A stretch of 64,000 nt of DNA from an uncultured virus (IMG/VR IMGVR_UViG_3300019366_000026). Lineage: Duplodnaviria; Heunggongvirae; Uroviricota; Caudoviricetes. The notes below the pieces were generated by a model that saw nothing but the letters and a program-made list of their open reading frames with translations, was not told the DNA's origin and made no database searches. The translations under genes and the position numbers were made by a program. Within the stretch, counting starts at the first letter, position 1; each line of letters begins with the position of its first letter. The DNA lies in the IMG/VR virus record IMGVR_UViG_3300019366_000026, one strand, 5' to 3'. Of the stretch, positions 1 through 8,799 are shown piece after piece.

Positions 1-92
1 GCTTGTAAAGTAAAAAAGAAGACTCGAACACCGTAAAATCAGCGTTCGAGCCATACTTTATTGCGCTATTTGAGTTTTATCGGACAGCAATA
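1..92. mobile_element. Possible right end (terminal inverted repeat) of an IS4-like insertion sequence
   Basis: TTTTATCGGACAGCAATA at 75-92 resembles, from memory, ends of Bacteroidales IS4-family elements and coincides with the point where the CotH-like ORF loses homology; transposase not in window. Confidence 0.35.
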
Positions 93-677
93 TATTTTAA
101 TGCTTTCATATAGGAAATATATGCCGTCATAGCGTCCGTTAAGAACCAGCTCTACAGGATAGTATCGTGGATTCCATCCGAGCCCAACCATGTTTGCGAG
201 TTCTTTCCCTACGGCTTGTCCGAGCCAGTCGTCGGTATATAAGTTGCCACATGCGAGCAACACGAAGTGTTTGTGCTTAGGCAAGCCTAAGAGCTCTGTT
301 TTACTGTCAAATTTGATTTTGTATGGCTTTTTGTCATTGTTGTCCCATGATGAATTGCCCCTGCCTCTTATGCCGAGTTTCACAGGATTGTCTGCCGATG
401 AAAGCCCTAATTGCTTGTCATCGCATTTATCCGGGATTTCAATCCATAATCCTGCGGAAACATAATTCTCTTTGTCTACGATAGGTTGTGAATTCTCTGT
501 GTTGATGTGCATTATAGGAAGCGTGCCGGAAGCCATATCGGCGCTCCATTGAGCGGATGCGTAGGAATCGGTGTTCCCGGCATTGGCGGCAGATAAAGGT
601 GCGGCCAGGAAGGGTGTGACACTTAGTATCGCAAAGAAGATTCGCTTAAACAGGGAGAGGGTAACCACCTTATTCAT
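66..677 (-). pseudogene. CotH kinase family protein, N-terminal part only (truncated)
   Basis: Signal peptide, then CotH motifs IRGRGNSSW..KKPYKIKF and VELVLNGRYDGIYFLYE; ends abruptly with YCCPIKLK, catalytic C-terminal half missing. Confidence 0.75.
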
Positions 678-880
678 AATGTATTATAGTATATTAAAGG
701 ATAGGGTGAGATGTCTGTGATTAAAATTACATGATTGTAATTGCAAATTTACAAAAAAGCGGGTATAAATCCATGTGTTCATGGAAATATCATGTACAGA
801 AATAAGGTAGTGAGGGTGTGTAAGAATGGTTCCAAATAGTCCATTCTGACACACCCTCTTTAATCCTTGCAAAAAATGTG

Positions 881-2003
881 CTATTTCTCCTCCTCGGAGC
901 CTGCAAACTCCATGAGGTACGCCTTGATGAAATCGTCGATTTCGCCGTCCATCACGCCGCCCACATCACTGGTCTGCCAACCCGTGCGGTGGTCCTTCAC
1001 ACGCCGGTCGTCAAACACATAGCTGCGAATCTGCGAGCCCCACTCTATTTTCATCTTTCCGGCCTCGACTTTCGCCTGCTCCTGAAGGCGGTGTTGCAGT
1101 TCCTTGTCGTATAGGATAGAGCGCAGCTGCCGCATCGCGTTCTCCTTATTCTTCGGCTGGTCGCGGGTTTCGGTGTTCTCAATGAGGATTTCCTCTTTCT
1201 CGCCTGTGTACGGGTCCGTGAACTGATAGCGCAGGCGCACGCCCGACTCCACCTTGTTCACATTCTGTCCGCCGGCGCCTCCCGAGCGGAAAGTGTCCCA
1301 CGAAAGCAGCGCCGGATCCACGCGCACCTCGATAGTGTCGTCCACCAATGGAGTCACGAACACCGAAGCAAACGACGTCATACGCTTGCCCTGCGCATTA
1401 TACGGCGACACGCGCACCAGACGGTGCACGCCGTTCTCGCTCTTTAGATAGCCGTAGGCAAAATCGCCCTCCACATTGATGGTGCACGACTTTATCCCGG
1501 CCTCGTCGCCGTCAAGCAAGTTGGCAATGCTCGTCTTGTAGCCGTTCTTCTCGCACCAGCGGAGATACATGCGCATAAGCATCGACGCCCAGTCCTGACT
1601 CTCCGTGCCGCCGGCTCCGGAATTTATTTTAAGCACCACGCCGAGTTTGTCCTCCTCGCGACGGAGCATATTGCGCAGCTCGAGATTCTCGATAAGACCT
1701 ATCGCCGATGCATAGAGAGCGTCAAGTTCGGCTTCTTCCATCAAGCCTTCCTTCACCATCTCCCAGCCCACTTCCAGTTCGCCGCAGGCATTGTCCACAT
1801 CGCGGTAGCCGTCAATCCACTGCTGCAGATCCTTGATTTTCTTCATCTGGGCCTGCGCCTCCTTGGGATGCTCCCAGAAATCCGGCACATGCGTGCGCAG
1901 CTCTTCTTCTTCTACCTGTATTTTCTTGCTGTCGATGTCAAAGATACCTCCTCAGCGCAAGCTTGCGCTCAAAAGTCTCTTTTAATTGTTCCTGAGTAAT
2001 CAT
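881..2003 (-). CDS. prfB: Peptide chain release factor 2, +1 programmed frameshift
   Basis: GGTES, SPY and GGQ motifs; true start ATG at 2003 (MITQEQLKETFERKLALRRYL) joined to the 881..1888 frame through CTT TGA C. Confidence 0.97.
1937..1952 (-). promoter_or_regulatory. prfB autoregulatory frameshift site
   Basis: Minus strand reads AGGAGG TAT CTT TGA C: internal SD plus slippery CTT-TGA. Confidence 0.95.
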
Positions 2004-2073
2004 GATTATGGCTTTTTTTCAAAAAATTTCTGCAAATATACACAAAACATGCCTTATTTTCAAAAAATATCAC

Positions 2074-2081
2074 TAACTTTG
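2074..2081 (+). promoter_or_regulatory. Bacteroidetes sigmaA -7 element for the tRNA locus
   Basis: TAACTTTG matches TAnnTTTG ~55 nt before the tRNA fragment; a divergent TATATTTG at 2033-2040 (-) would serve prfB. Confidence 0.7.
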
Positions 2082-2134
2082 CACCGCTAAACGCATTTGG
2101 GAATTATACATATCCCCCGCACATTAAACAGCAT

Positions 2135-2179
2135 GGAGCGATGCTCGAGTGGCTGAAGAGGCACGCCTGGAAAGCGTGT
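2135..2179 (+). pseudogene. 5' half of host tRNA-Ser(GGA); probable attL
   Basis: GGAGCGATGCTCGAGTGGCTGAAGAGGCACGCCTGGAAAGCGTGT has acceptor 5' strand, D arm and anticodon arm, but no variable arm, T arm or 3' acceptor strand follows. Confidence 0.85.
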
Positions 2180-2209
2180 TCCAAAAGCCAAGAGCAGAAT
2201 AGGAAATAA

Positions 2210-2297
2210 GGAAAGGTGCTCGAGTGGCTGAAGAGGCAGACCTGGAAAGTCTGTAACGGCCGAAAGCCGTTCGCGGGTTCGAATCCCGCTCTTTCCG
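2210..2297 (+). tRNA. tRNA-Ser(GGA), complete
   Basis: Acceptor GGAAAGG/TCTTTCC, anticodon arm CAGAC-CTGGAAA-GTCTG, long variable arm AACGGC-CGAAA-GCCGTT, T arm GCGGG-TTCGAAT-CCCGC, discriminator G. Confidence 0.95.
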
Positions 2298-2301
2298 CAG
2301 A

Positions 2302-2354
2302 GAACACGCTGATTATTAGCGATAGACGCTACAATAATTAGCGTGTTCCTTTTT
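2302..2354 (+). terminator. Hairpin/terminator after tRNA
   Basis: GAACACGCTGATTATT...AATAATTAGCGTGTTC followed by a T run. Confidence 0.65.
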
Positions 2355-2478
2355 CTTACCTCTAAGGAACACTGAAAATCCAGAGCGTTGTGCCCTTTTC
2401 TCTCCGGTTCATCAGCCTTAAAAAAAACGGGAAGTTTGCACATTTTTGATGAAGTCTGATTCATTCGGATTAAATCTC

Positions 2479-2499
2479 CCCGCAAATTACCCGCAAATT
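2479..2499 (+). repeat. Tandem 10-bp direct repeat, candidate integrase arm-type sites
   Basis: CCCGCAAATT-A-CCCGCAAATT immediately upstream of the integrase ATG. Confidence 0.5.
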
Positions 2500-2509
2500 T
2501 TAAGAAGCT

Positions 2510-3709
2510 ATGGTGACAACCAAGATTTACTACGACAAGCGGGCAATAAAGAAAGATGGAACAGCCCCGCTGAAAGTGGCGATAACCAAGAATGGTTCTA
2601 CAGCCTACATTTCTCTGAACATTGCGCTCACTGAACGTGAATGGGACCCCATTAAACGATGTATCGTCAATCATCCAAATCGACAATTCTTCAACACATA
2701 CGTTGGCAAGCGTAAGCTGGAAATTGATGAACTCGTTCTTTCCATGGATGCCAAAAAGGAACTTTCGGGTAGTGTGACCGAAATAAAGAATAAAATCCTC
2801 GCGTTGCTGAATCCAACCGAGGAACGGCCGAACAACCTCTTCTGCGATTGGCTTCAAAAATTCGCCGGCAATAAGAGTGGCCGCACTCGAGAAATTTATC
2901 TCGCGACTTTCGAGCGAATCAAGGCGTTTGCCCCAAAAGGATATGATCAGCTTACGTTTGAGCAGATGAATCTCGAATGGCTGACGGAGTTCGATGTATT
3001 CCTCGCCAAAACATCGCCGGCACGTAACGCACGAAATATCCATTTCCGGAATATTCGCGCTGTGTTCAATTACGCAATCGATAACGACATCACTTCTGCC
3101 TACCCTTTCCGTAAGTTCAAGATGAGATATGAAGAAACACGGAAAAGGTCTATGTCGGTGGAGGCCCTGCGCAAAATCATATTCACACCATTGGAAGAAC
3201 ATCTTGAGAAGTACCGTGATTTCTTCCTGCTTTCGTTCTACCTCATCGGAGCGAATGTCATCGACATCTGCAATGCAGAGGAGGTGCAAGACGGGTATCT
3301 CATATATCGTCGTGCCAAGACCCATAAACTCTATACTATAAAGGTGGAGCCTGAGGCGGCCGCCTTGATTGAAAAATATGCCGGGGAGAAGCAACTTCTT
3401 AATTATCTCGACAATCATAAGTCTTACCGCACATTCTATAATTGTGTCGTCCGTGGCCTGAAAGGTGTCAAAGACGCGCTCAATGCAATCGATGACGGCA
3501 TACATTTTAAGGAGCTGACTACCTACTGGGCCAGACATACATGGGCTACAATCGCTGCTGAACTGGACATTCCGAACGCAACTATTGCAGCCGCTCTGGG
3601 ACACTCTTACGGCAACGCCACCTCTGCTATCTACATCGACAAGGATAGACGAAAGGTTGATGTCGCTAATAGAAAGGTTATTGATTATGTGATGACCGGG
3701 CATGTGTAG
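2510..3709 (+). CDS. int: Tyrosine recombinase / phage integrase
   Basis: N-terminal arm-binding-type domain, SAM-like middle domain, C-terminal TYWARHTWAT..ALGHS..Y catalytic region; adjacent to tRNA. Confidence 0.93.
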   Translation: MVTTKIYYDKRAIKKDGTAPLKVAITKNGSTAYISLNIALTEREWDPIKRCIVNHPNRQFFNTYVGKRKLEIDELVLSMDAKKELSGSVTEIKNKILALLNPTEERPNNLFCDWLQKFAGNKSGRTREIYLATFERIKAFAPKGYDQLTFEQMNLEWLTEFDVFLAKTSPARNARNIHFRNIRAVFNYAIDNDITSAYPFRKFKMRYEETRKRSMSVEALRKIIFTPLEEHLEKYRDFFLLSFYLIGANVIDICNAEEVQDGYLIYRRAKTHKLYTIKVEPEAAALIEKYAGEKQLLNYLDNHKSYRTFYNCVVRGLKGVKDALNAIDDGIHFKELTTYWARHTWATIAAELDIPNATIAAALGHSYGNATSAIYIDKDRRKVDVANRKVIDYVMTGHV

Positions 3710-3716
3710 GTACAAT

Positions 3717-3744
3717 TAGAGCCATGAGTTTCCTCGTGGCTCTA
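3717..3744. terminator. Hairpin between convergent int and xis-like gene
   Basis: TAGAGCCATGAG-TTTC-CTCGTGGCTCTA 12-bp stem. Confidence 0.65.
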
Positions 3745-3792
3745 TCTCCTTGCGCCCTCGCGGGTTGGGGTAGCAAATATGAAGTTTCTTTA

Positions 3793-3993
3793 TCACATCA
3801 GGGATTTCCAGAATCTGAGTATCTCCTGACCTGTATATATTTTTCGCGCCGTTTCTCTCCGGAAGCCACATTTGATATGGCCTTCATCGGTATATTTACG
3901 AAGCGTGTTTCTATGTATTCCAAGGTGCTTGCAGGTTTCTCCTACAGAATATCTGCCCGTCGGCGCCACCTGGGGTTCTATTGCTGTCACCAT
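3793..3993 (-). CDS. Excisionase-like HTH DNA-binding protein
   Basis: 66 aa, YSVGETCKHLGIHRNTLRKY HTH, convergent with integrase. Confidence 0.75.
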   Translation of the reverse strand: MVTAIEPQVAPTGRYSVGETCKHLGIHRNTLRKYTDEGHIKCGFRRETARKIYTGQEILRFWKSLM

Positions 3994-4003
3994 ATTAAAT
4001 ATC

Positions 4004-4240
4004 TTATTTGCGTTCTACAATTTGGTACATCGGTACCTTGTTGATGTTTTCATATGACGTGATTAGTCCGTCGGCTTTCAACTGCTCAATAGCCTCTTGA
4101 GCTGCTGCCTGAACCGCTCCAATGACAACGTTGTGGGACGCTGACACCGGCGCACGGTGCATTTCTTCTACTCTCGCCAGTTCATCTTTGATTATATTGT
4201 AGATGAATGGCTGTAGTAGTCCGGATATATCAGTCTTCAT
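4004..4240 (-). CDS. Hypothetical phage protein
   Basis: 78-aa ORF tightly packed in the operon. Confidence 0.6.
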   Translation of the reverse strand: MKTDISGLLQPFIYNIIKDELARVEEMHRAPVSASHNVVIGAVQAAAQEAIEQLKADGLITSYENINKVPMYQIVERK

Positions 4241-4781
4241 CGTCGGTTATTGTAAGATGGTCGTCGATATACTTTTCGGTAATTTTATGCATGGAGTCAA
4301 GGAACTTTTCGTTCTTGACAATAAAATCAGATAGCCCAGCGAACTGGGGATGGCACACAAGGCTGGCATAGGCCTGGGCTTTCTCTTTAATATCGTCGAG
4401 GATCGGAATCAAGTTTTGCTCCTCAACTCCGAGCTTATTGAATTTATCCTTGAGGTCGTAGGCGCAGTCGGCTAAAAAGTCGGCGGCGAGATATGTTTTC
4501 ACCATCGCCACATTTATTCCAGTTTCGTTGAGAGTCTTTTTGTCAAATAATTCTGCCAACGCTCTCGGAATGGCGGCTTCGGCTTCTTCGATGGCTTCTT
4601 CTAGTTTTTGGACTTTTGCTATAACTTTGTTTGCCTGCATGAATTTACCGCGTTGAAGGAGCGACTGTATGCTTTTCTTCAACTCGTCGCGCTGCTGTTT
4701 CAGCCGGTTCAGTCTTGAATTTGTGCTCATTCCATTCTTGGGGTTTAATGTGGGAGCGAACTGAAAAATGTTCACTCCCAC
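4230..4781 (-). CDS. Hypothetical helical phage protein (start may be 4730)
   Basis: 183-aa ORF, operon-like spacing. Confidence 0.65.
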   Translation of the reverse strand: MGVNIFQFAPTLNPKNGMSTNSRLNRLKQQRDELKKSIQSLLQRGKFMQANKVIAKVQKLEEAIEEAEAAIPRALAELFDKKTLNETGINVAMVKTYLAADFLADCAYDLKDKFNKLGVEEQNLIPILDDIKEKAQAYASLVCHPQFAGLSDFIVKNEKFLDSMHKITEKYIDDHLTITDDED

Positions 4782-4793
4782 ATATAGGTTGGA

Positions 4794-5381
4794 TTATGCT
4801 TCTGCCGGCGTTTCAGGAATGAAACAGTAGTCTGCGTAAATTTCTGCGAACTGCTTGCCGGCATATTCGGCCAGTTCCTCAGATTTGAAGGCGAGCCGAG
4901 AGCCGTTGCCCGAGCTCGAGCCCGAAGAAACGTCGCTCGCGTGCGCATAAACGAGACCGCCATACGCATGCGCGCTGTCGAACGCACGACCGACAACACG
5001 GCGTTCTTCCTTTACCTCATCGGACATTGCGTCCAGTTCTTCTTTTGTAAGAAGTTCATACCACGCATACCACCGGCGCTCTCCCTCTGTGTACTGCGGC
5101 TTCCACCCTTCGTTGAGGGCTTCAGTGATTATGCGGAGTTTGAGGTAAGCCAGGAGATCTTTGTGCTCTTTGCCGAGTTTCCACTCGATGTCGCGGTATG
5201 CCTTTACGGCTTCATGGGCTTCTCCGAGTTCTTCAATGGCGTCATTGAATGTCCTTACTCTGGATGTGACAGGGATTTCTTCGTTGAGCCTTTCGCCCAA
5301 CATTTCTCTAAGGCTCTTACGAACCGCAGCATTGCCCTGCATGTACAATGAGGCAAGCTGGTCTTTGTCAAGTTCTAACAT
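4794..5381 (-). CDS. Phage protein carrying DGR variable region 2 (second target)
   Basis: 195 aa; segment RVVGRAFDSAHAYGGLVYAHASDVSSGSSSGNGSRL is an adenine-mutated copy of the TR. Confidence 0.9.
   Translation of the reverse strand: MLELDKDQLASLYMQGNAAVRKSLREMLGERLNEEIPVTSRVRTFNDAIEELGEAHEAVKAYRDIEWKLGKEHKDLLAYLKLRIITEALNEGWKPQYTEGERRWYAWYELLTKEELDAMSDEVKEERRVVGRAFDSAHAYGGLVYAHASDVSSGSSSGNGSRLAFKSEELAEYAGKQFAEIYADYCFIPETPAEA
4893..5002 (-). repeat. DGR variable repeat VR2
   Basis: 110-nt ungapped match to TR with 15 mismatches, all opposite TR adenines (manual count). Confidence 0.95.
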
Positions 5382-5407
5382 TGTGGAGTTTGTTTTTGAT
5401 TAAACTT

Positions 5408-5487
5408 ATCTTATTTGCTGATGCAAAGTTAATCAAAAATAATCACATTCGCAAGTTTGCGAGCGATTATTTTTGATTAACTTTGCA
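5408..5487 (-). promoter_or_regulatory. Promoter/operator module copy 1
   Basis: TAACTTTG (-) with boxes at 5408, 5442 and a degenerate one at ~5476; includes a perfect 23-bp inverted repeat. Confidence 0.75.
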
Positions 5488-5505
5488 ATTTTATTATCAT
5501 TATCA

Positions 5506-6504
5506 CTATAAACTACCGAGGCTTTCACGTAATGGCTCCGAGATTGCTCGTTCGCAACCGAATTTACCTAACGCGGGCGTAGTGTTGGCATAGCAGTATA
5601 AACAGCCGTGGCCGCAGGTTGTGTATGCCCCAATATCCTTGCTCAAGATACAACCACAGGCAGCACGCTGGCCGGAATCCTTTGGAAAATCAGTTGGCGC
5701 TCCAAACATGTCGTCGAAGCCGAGCCAGTACATCAATTCCTTATCATCACGGAAAAGGCGTGCGATTAGGTTTGGGTCTATGCACCGATTCTTCTCAATG
5801 CCATAAGACGATAGGTCTATTTGCTCTCCGCAGGTCGCCAACTCCAATCCCATTTTAGAATTTATTTCCTGAAGCCCTTTGGCGAATAGCGCCATTTTCT
5901 CAGGCGTAAAATCCTCATAGGCCACATTGTATTGGTTAAGGTTGTATTGCACCTTCCTGTACCCGGCAATGTCAGCGAAACTGAATACCAATTTTTCGCA
6001 GTACCCTTTGAGCATTTCCGAGATTGCCAATATGCGTCCGAGGTGGTCGTCTATATGCAACTTGTCGGTTAGGATTATCGGATCATATCGCCAGATTACG
6101 GCCCCGACTCCAAGAACATCAACAAGTCGCTTAAACGTGTCGATTCGTTGTGAAAGTCCAGGAACCGCCGGCTCAAACCCTTCTGCCTTGTAATGGTTAA
6201 GTGTGAACTGTACATAGGAATGAATATCCCTCTCTTTAAATAGATGGAGCTTGTTAAGCAGAGGGGCTGGATTTTTACTCCAAAATACCACACATTTAGT
6301 TTTGGCAAATGAGACAAAACTTTCCTTCTGATTGAAAGGGTTTCGCCAACCGCAATATCCGCTCTTAAGACGGTTGAAGAACCAATCCGAATGAAATGCC
6401 GGAATGTCAGTGCTCCGGCTTGCAGACACAATTATGGGTGCGATGGCTTCCACGCACTCGCCGGTCTGCCGGTGAATCTTTACTTTCTCATGTCTGTACA
6501 TCAT
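5506..6504 (-). CDS. DUF1848 family (radical-SAM-like) protein
   Basis: SASRSTDIPAF, FWSKNP, WRYDPI and C-terminal KDIGAYTTCGHGCLYCYAN. Confidence 0.85.
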   Translation of the reverse strand: MMYRHEKVKIHRQTGECVEAIAPIIVSASRSTDIPAFHSDWFFNRLKSGYCGWRNPFNQKESFVSFAKTKCVVFWSKNPAPLLNKLHLFKERDIHSYVQFTLNHYKAEGFEPAVPGLSQRIDTFKRLVDVLGVGAVIWRYDPIILTDKLHIDDHLGRILAISEMLKGYCEKLVFSFADIAGYRKVQYNLNQYNVAYEDFTPEKMALFAKGLQEINSKMGLELATCGEQIDLSSYGIEKNRCIDPNLIARLFRDDKELMYWLGFDDMFGAPTDFPKDSGQRAACGCILSKDIGAYTTCGHGCLYCYANTTPALGKFGCERAISEPLRESLGSL

Positions 6505-6830
6505 TTGATTTCTATGATATATTCTATGTTTCCACGAAGATAATCGCGAACCGAGGTCTTGTCAACACCATAGATTTCGATGCATTGGCCGTCTTTCTTC
6601 ACAACATATTTCTTTAGAATATCCGTGAATCTGAAAGCCCACCCTTTTAATGGTATGGCATTATTGAAATACGAGTTACTGTTGACTTTAGCTGTCAGCC
6701 AATTCTTCTGTGCCCGGTTAAGAGGGGTGCCATTGTTCAGCAACGCTCGAATCTTATAGACAAGAGTGTCTTTTAGGCTACTGAGAGCAGGCACCTCCCA
6801 CGGTACGAATTTGAATACCGTTGCTTCCAT
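6501..6830 (-). CDS. Hypothetical phage protein
   Basis: 109-aa ORF with overlapping stop/start. Confidence 0.65.
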   Translation of the reverse strand: MEATVFKFVPWEVPALSSLKDTLVYKIRALLNNGTPLNRAQKNWLTAKVNSNSYFNNAIPLKGWAFRFTDILKKYVVKKDGQCIEIYGVDKTSVRDYLRGNIEYIIEIK

Positions 6831-6831
6831 A

Positions 6832-7176
6832 TCAGTACCAAGTTAAAACGACAAAATCATTACGCTGATCGCTGAAGGCAATCCACTCAGCGATGTATCG
6901 AATGAATTTATCGACCGTTATGTCAATCATGTGGATCTTGAGCCACTTTTCAAAATCCTCCCGATTGTTGGCAATCTTGCCTATGAGGTCGGCAAGTTCG
7001 GAACGTGGGACTTCAAGGCGTTCGGAACACTCAATATCCTCGCCTTCCCATGATAGGCTTGGACAATACTTATACAGCATTCGATTGATGTCGACCGAAT
7101 GATTGTTGAAGTAGTCGCGTGAGTTATGCTTCACTTGATACACTTCCGCTACATGAAGTTTAATCCCCATTTTCAA
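6832..7176 (-). CDS. Hypothetical phage protein
   Basis: 114-aa ORF in packed operon. Confidence 0.65.
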   Translation of the reverse strand: MKMGIKLHVAEVYQVKHNSRDYFNNHSVDINRMLYKYCPSLSWEGEDIECSERLEVPRSELADLIGKIANNREDFEKWLKIHMIDITVDKFIRYIAEWIAFSDQRNDFVVLTWY

Positions 7177-7546
7177 GGTCTTTTTTTAAGTCCAAAAGGA
7201 ACTGTTTGAAATCTGATTTGTGGTGTAGAAACACCATTTCGTACTGTGCCGGCTTCTTAGGAATTCGAGCAAGACCGATGATTTTCAGGAAAGACCGCAC
7301 TAGTTGGTCTATCATATTCTTGTCTGTTACTCCGAGTAAGTTCCGGCAAAGGTCACGAATAGACTGACTTGCCTTTCGCTGGAGTTTGTTGCGATCCTGA
7401 TGGAATGTGCCATCAGTTATGCTTCGTGGGTAGCCGCAAGGCTCTCCCAGGTACTCGCCCGTAACGGAATCTAATGTTCCGTCGAGCATCATTTCTGCTA
7501 TTTCTCCCATATAATTTATATTTGTGGTTTGAATTTCCTTTTGCAT
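7160..7546 (-). CDS. Hypothetical phage protein (likely start MGEIAEMM)
   Basis: ORF in packed operon. Confidence 0.6.
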   Translation of the reverse strand: MQKEIQTTNINYMGEIAEMMLDGTLDSVTGEYLGEPCGYPRSITDGTFHQDRNKLQRKASQSIRDLCRNLLGVTDKNMIDQLVRSFLKIIGLARIPKKPAQYEMVFLHHKSDFKQFLLDLKKDLENGD

Positions 7547-8166
7547 ACCTCCGGGAGCAACACCTCAATGTACCCCTGAGAAAGATTCTTAATACTCTCG
7601 ACGCATTTTGAATCGCCTCGGCCGTTTGCTATCTTTATGGCATCGGATATGGCTGTATCCTGGTCGAGGGAACTATAGCCATAGACTACTTTTCTACTTT
7701 TGCAGGAGAACTGAGGAAAGATGGCTGTTCCGTCGCCGTAGCATCCGAAAGTCGTTATTTCATAGTAAGGCTCGTAACAGCGTACATATAACGTTCTGTT
7801 TACGATCAGGTAGTCCCTGCTTTTTACCTTGAGGTACGCGATGTACTCCGCTTTTGTGGTATATTCGCCGGGAGTTGTGTATTTACTGAGAACTGAGGGC
7901 CACGGTATATCGTCAAAGGAGTATTCTTCCAACTCTTTGCCGTTGTAAAATGAAATGCGGGCCTCCTTGTAAAGACAACCTTTGTACAGAAGGACTTTTA
8001 ATGGCTTTTTATTATAGGAATGAAAAATAAATGCCACCGGAGCGTCTGCTTCTGATGCTTCATTGATTTTGACATTAACCGTGTCCTTGTGTCCGATCAT
8101 TCGGGACTTTCTACATCGAGGAGGGATTTCACTTTCGTGAAACTCGATTTCAAGACTTGTTACCAT
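7516..8166 (-). CDS. Hypothetical phage protein
   Basis: 216-aa ORF in packed operon. Confidence 0.7.
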   Translation of the reverse strand: MVTSLEIEFHESEIPPRCRKSRMIGHKDTVNVKINEASEADAPVAFIFHSYNKKPLKVLLYKGCLYKEARISFYNGKELEEYSFDDIPWPSVLSKYTTPGEYTTKAEYIAYLKVKSRDYLIVNRTLYVRCYEPYYEITTFGCYGDGTAIFPQFSCKSRKVVYGYSSLDQDTAISDAIKIANGRGDSKCVESIKNLSQGYIEVLLPEVCKRKFKPQI

Positions 8167-8170
8167 TGGC

Positions 8171-8599
8171 TTATGATTTGGTGAGGTTGGCGTAGAATTC
8201 TTGTATTTCTGCGTACAGTTCCTCTTTGGGTGTATTCACGACTCTTTTCCCTTCAAAGAATCTGCCCCCGACTTTGAAGATAAATGGATACAAGTCATAC
8301 TGGTAACACTCGCCAACGAAGAAACAGTTCCGCAGGACACGAGCCGGAGGCAGACATTCGTAAAGATCCCAATATCGTTCCTCGTCTATTTCCACAAATT
8401 GGGCGGTATTGAGTTTACGACGATGTTCTTTTATAAGGTTGGCTACTTCTTCAGGGGAGATTGCAGTTAGTTTGGGGTTGTTCTTTTCAATCCGAAGTTC
8501 CTCTATGGTTTTGCCATAGTAGTCACAGTGCAGGTCATCGCTCATCTGAGTTATGACTGCGCCGGTGAATGGCTCTGATGGGTCTATTACAAATTTCAT
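8171..8599 (-). CDS. Hypothetical phage protein (DUF1419-like)
   Basis: EIDEERYWDLYECLPP motif. Confidence 0.6.
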   Translation of the reverse strand: MKFVIDPSEPFTGAVITQMSDDLHCDYYGKTIEELRIEKNNPKLTAISPEEVANLIKEHRRKLNTAQFVEIDEERYWDLYECLPPARVLRNCFFVGECYQYDLYPFIFKVGGRFFEGKRVVNTPKEELYAEIQEFYANLTKS

Positions 8600-8799
8600 A
8601 TTGCTGAATGGTATATTTCGGGTTCTGAACTGACATTATAGATATAGGAACCGCAGCGAATGAGTAGCGCATCTTGACCGTAATATTTGTTGCGCATACC
8701 TGTGATGCTGCCTGTAGCCGAGAAGTTGGGGAAGCGGTGAATATCCACGCGCTCCCCTTCTTCACGGGTTAGTTTTCTTACGCGGGGAGGTTTTGGCAT
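8596..8799 (-). CDS. Hypothetical phage protein
   Basis: 67 aa, overlaps both neighbours in operon fashion. Confidence 0.55.
   Translation of the reverse strand: MPKPPRVRKLTREEGERVDIHRFPNFSATGSITGMRNKYYGQDALLIRCGSYIYNVSSEPEIYHSAI

Noticed and set aside
881..1888. prfB as a truncated gene or pseudogene
   Set aside because: Canonical programmed +1 frameshift restores the N-terminus
2087..3715. 542-aa minus-strand ORF
   Set aside because: Antisense shadow of the integrase that also runs through the tRNA; no recognisable motifs
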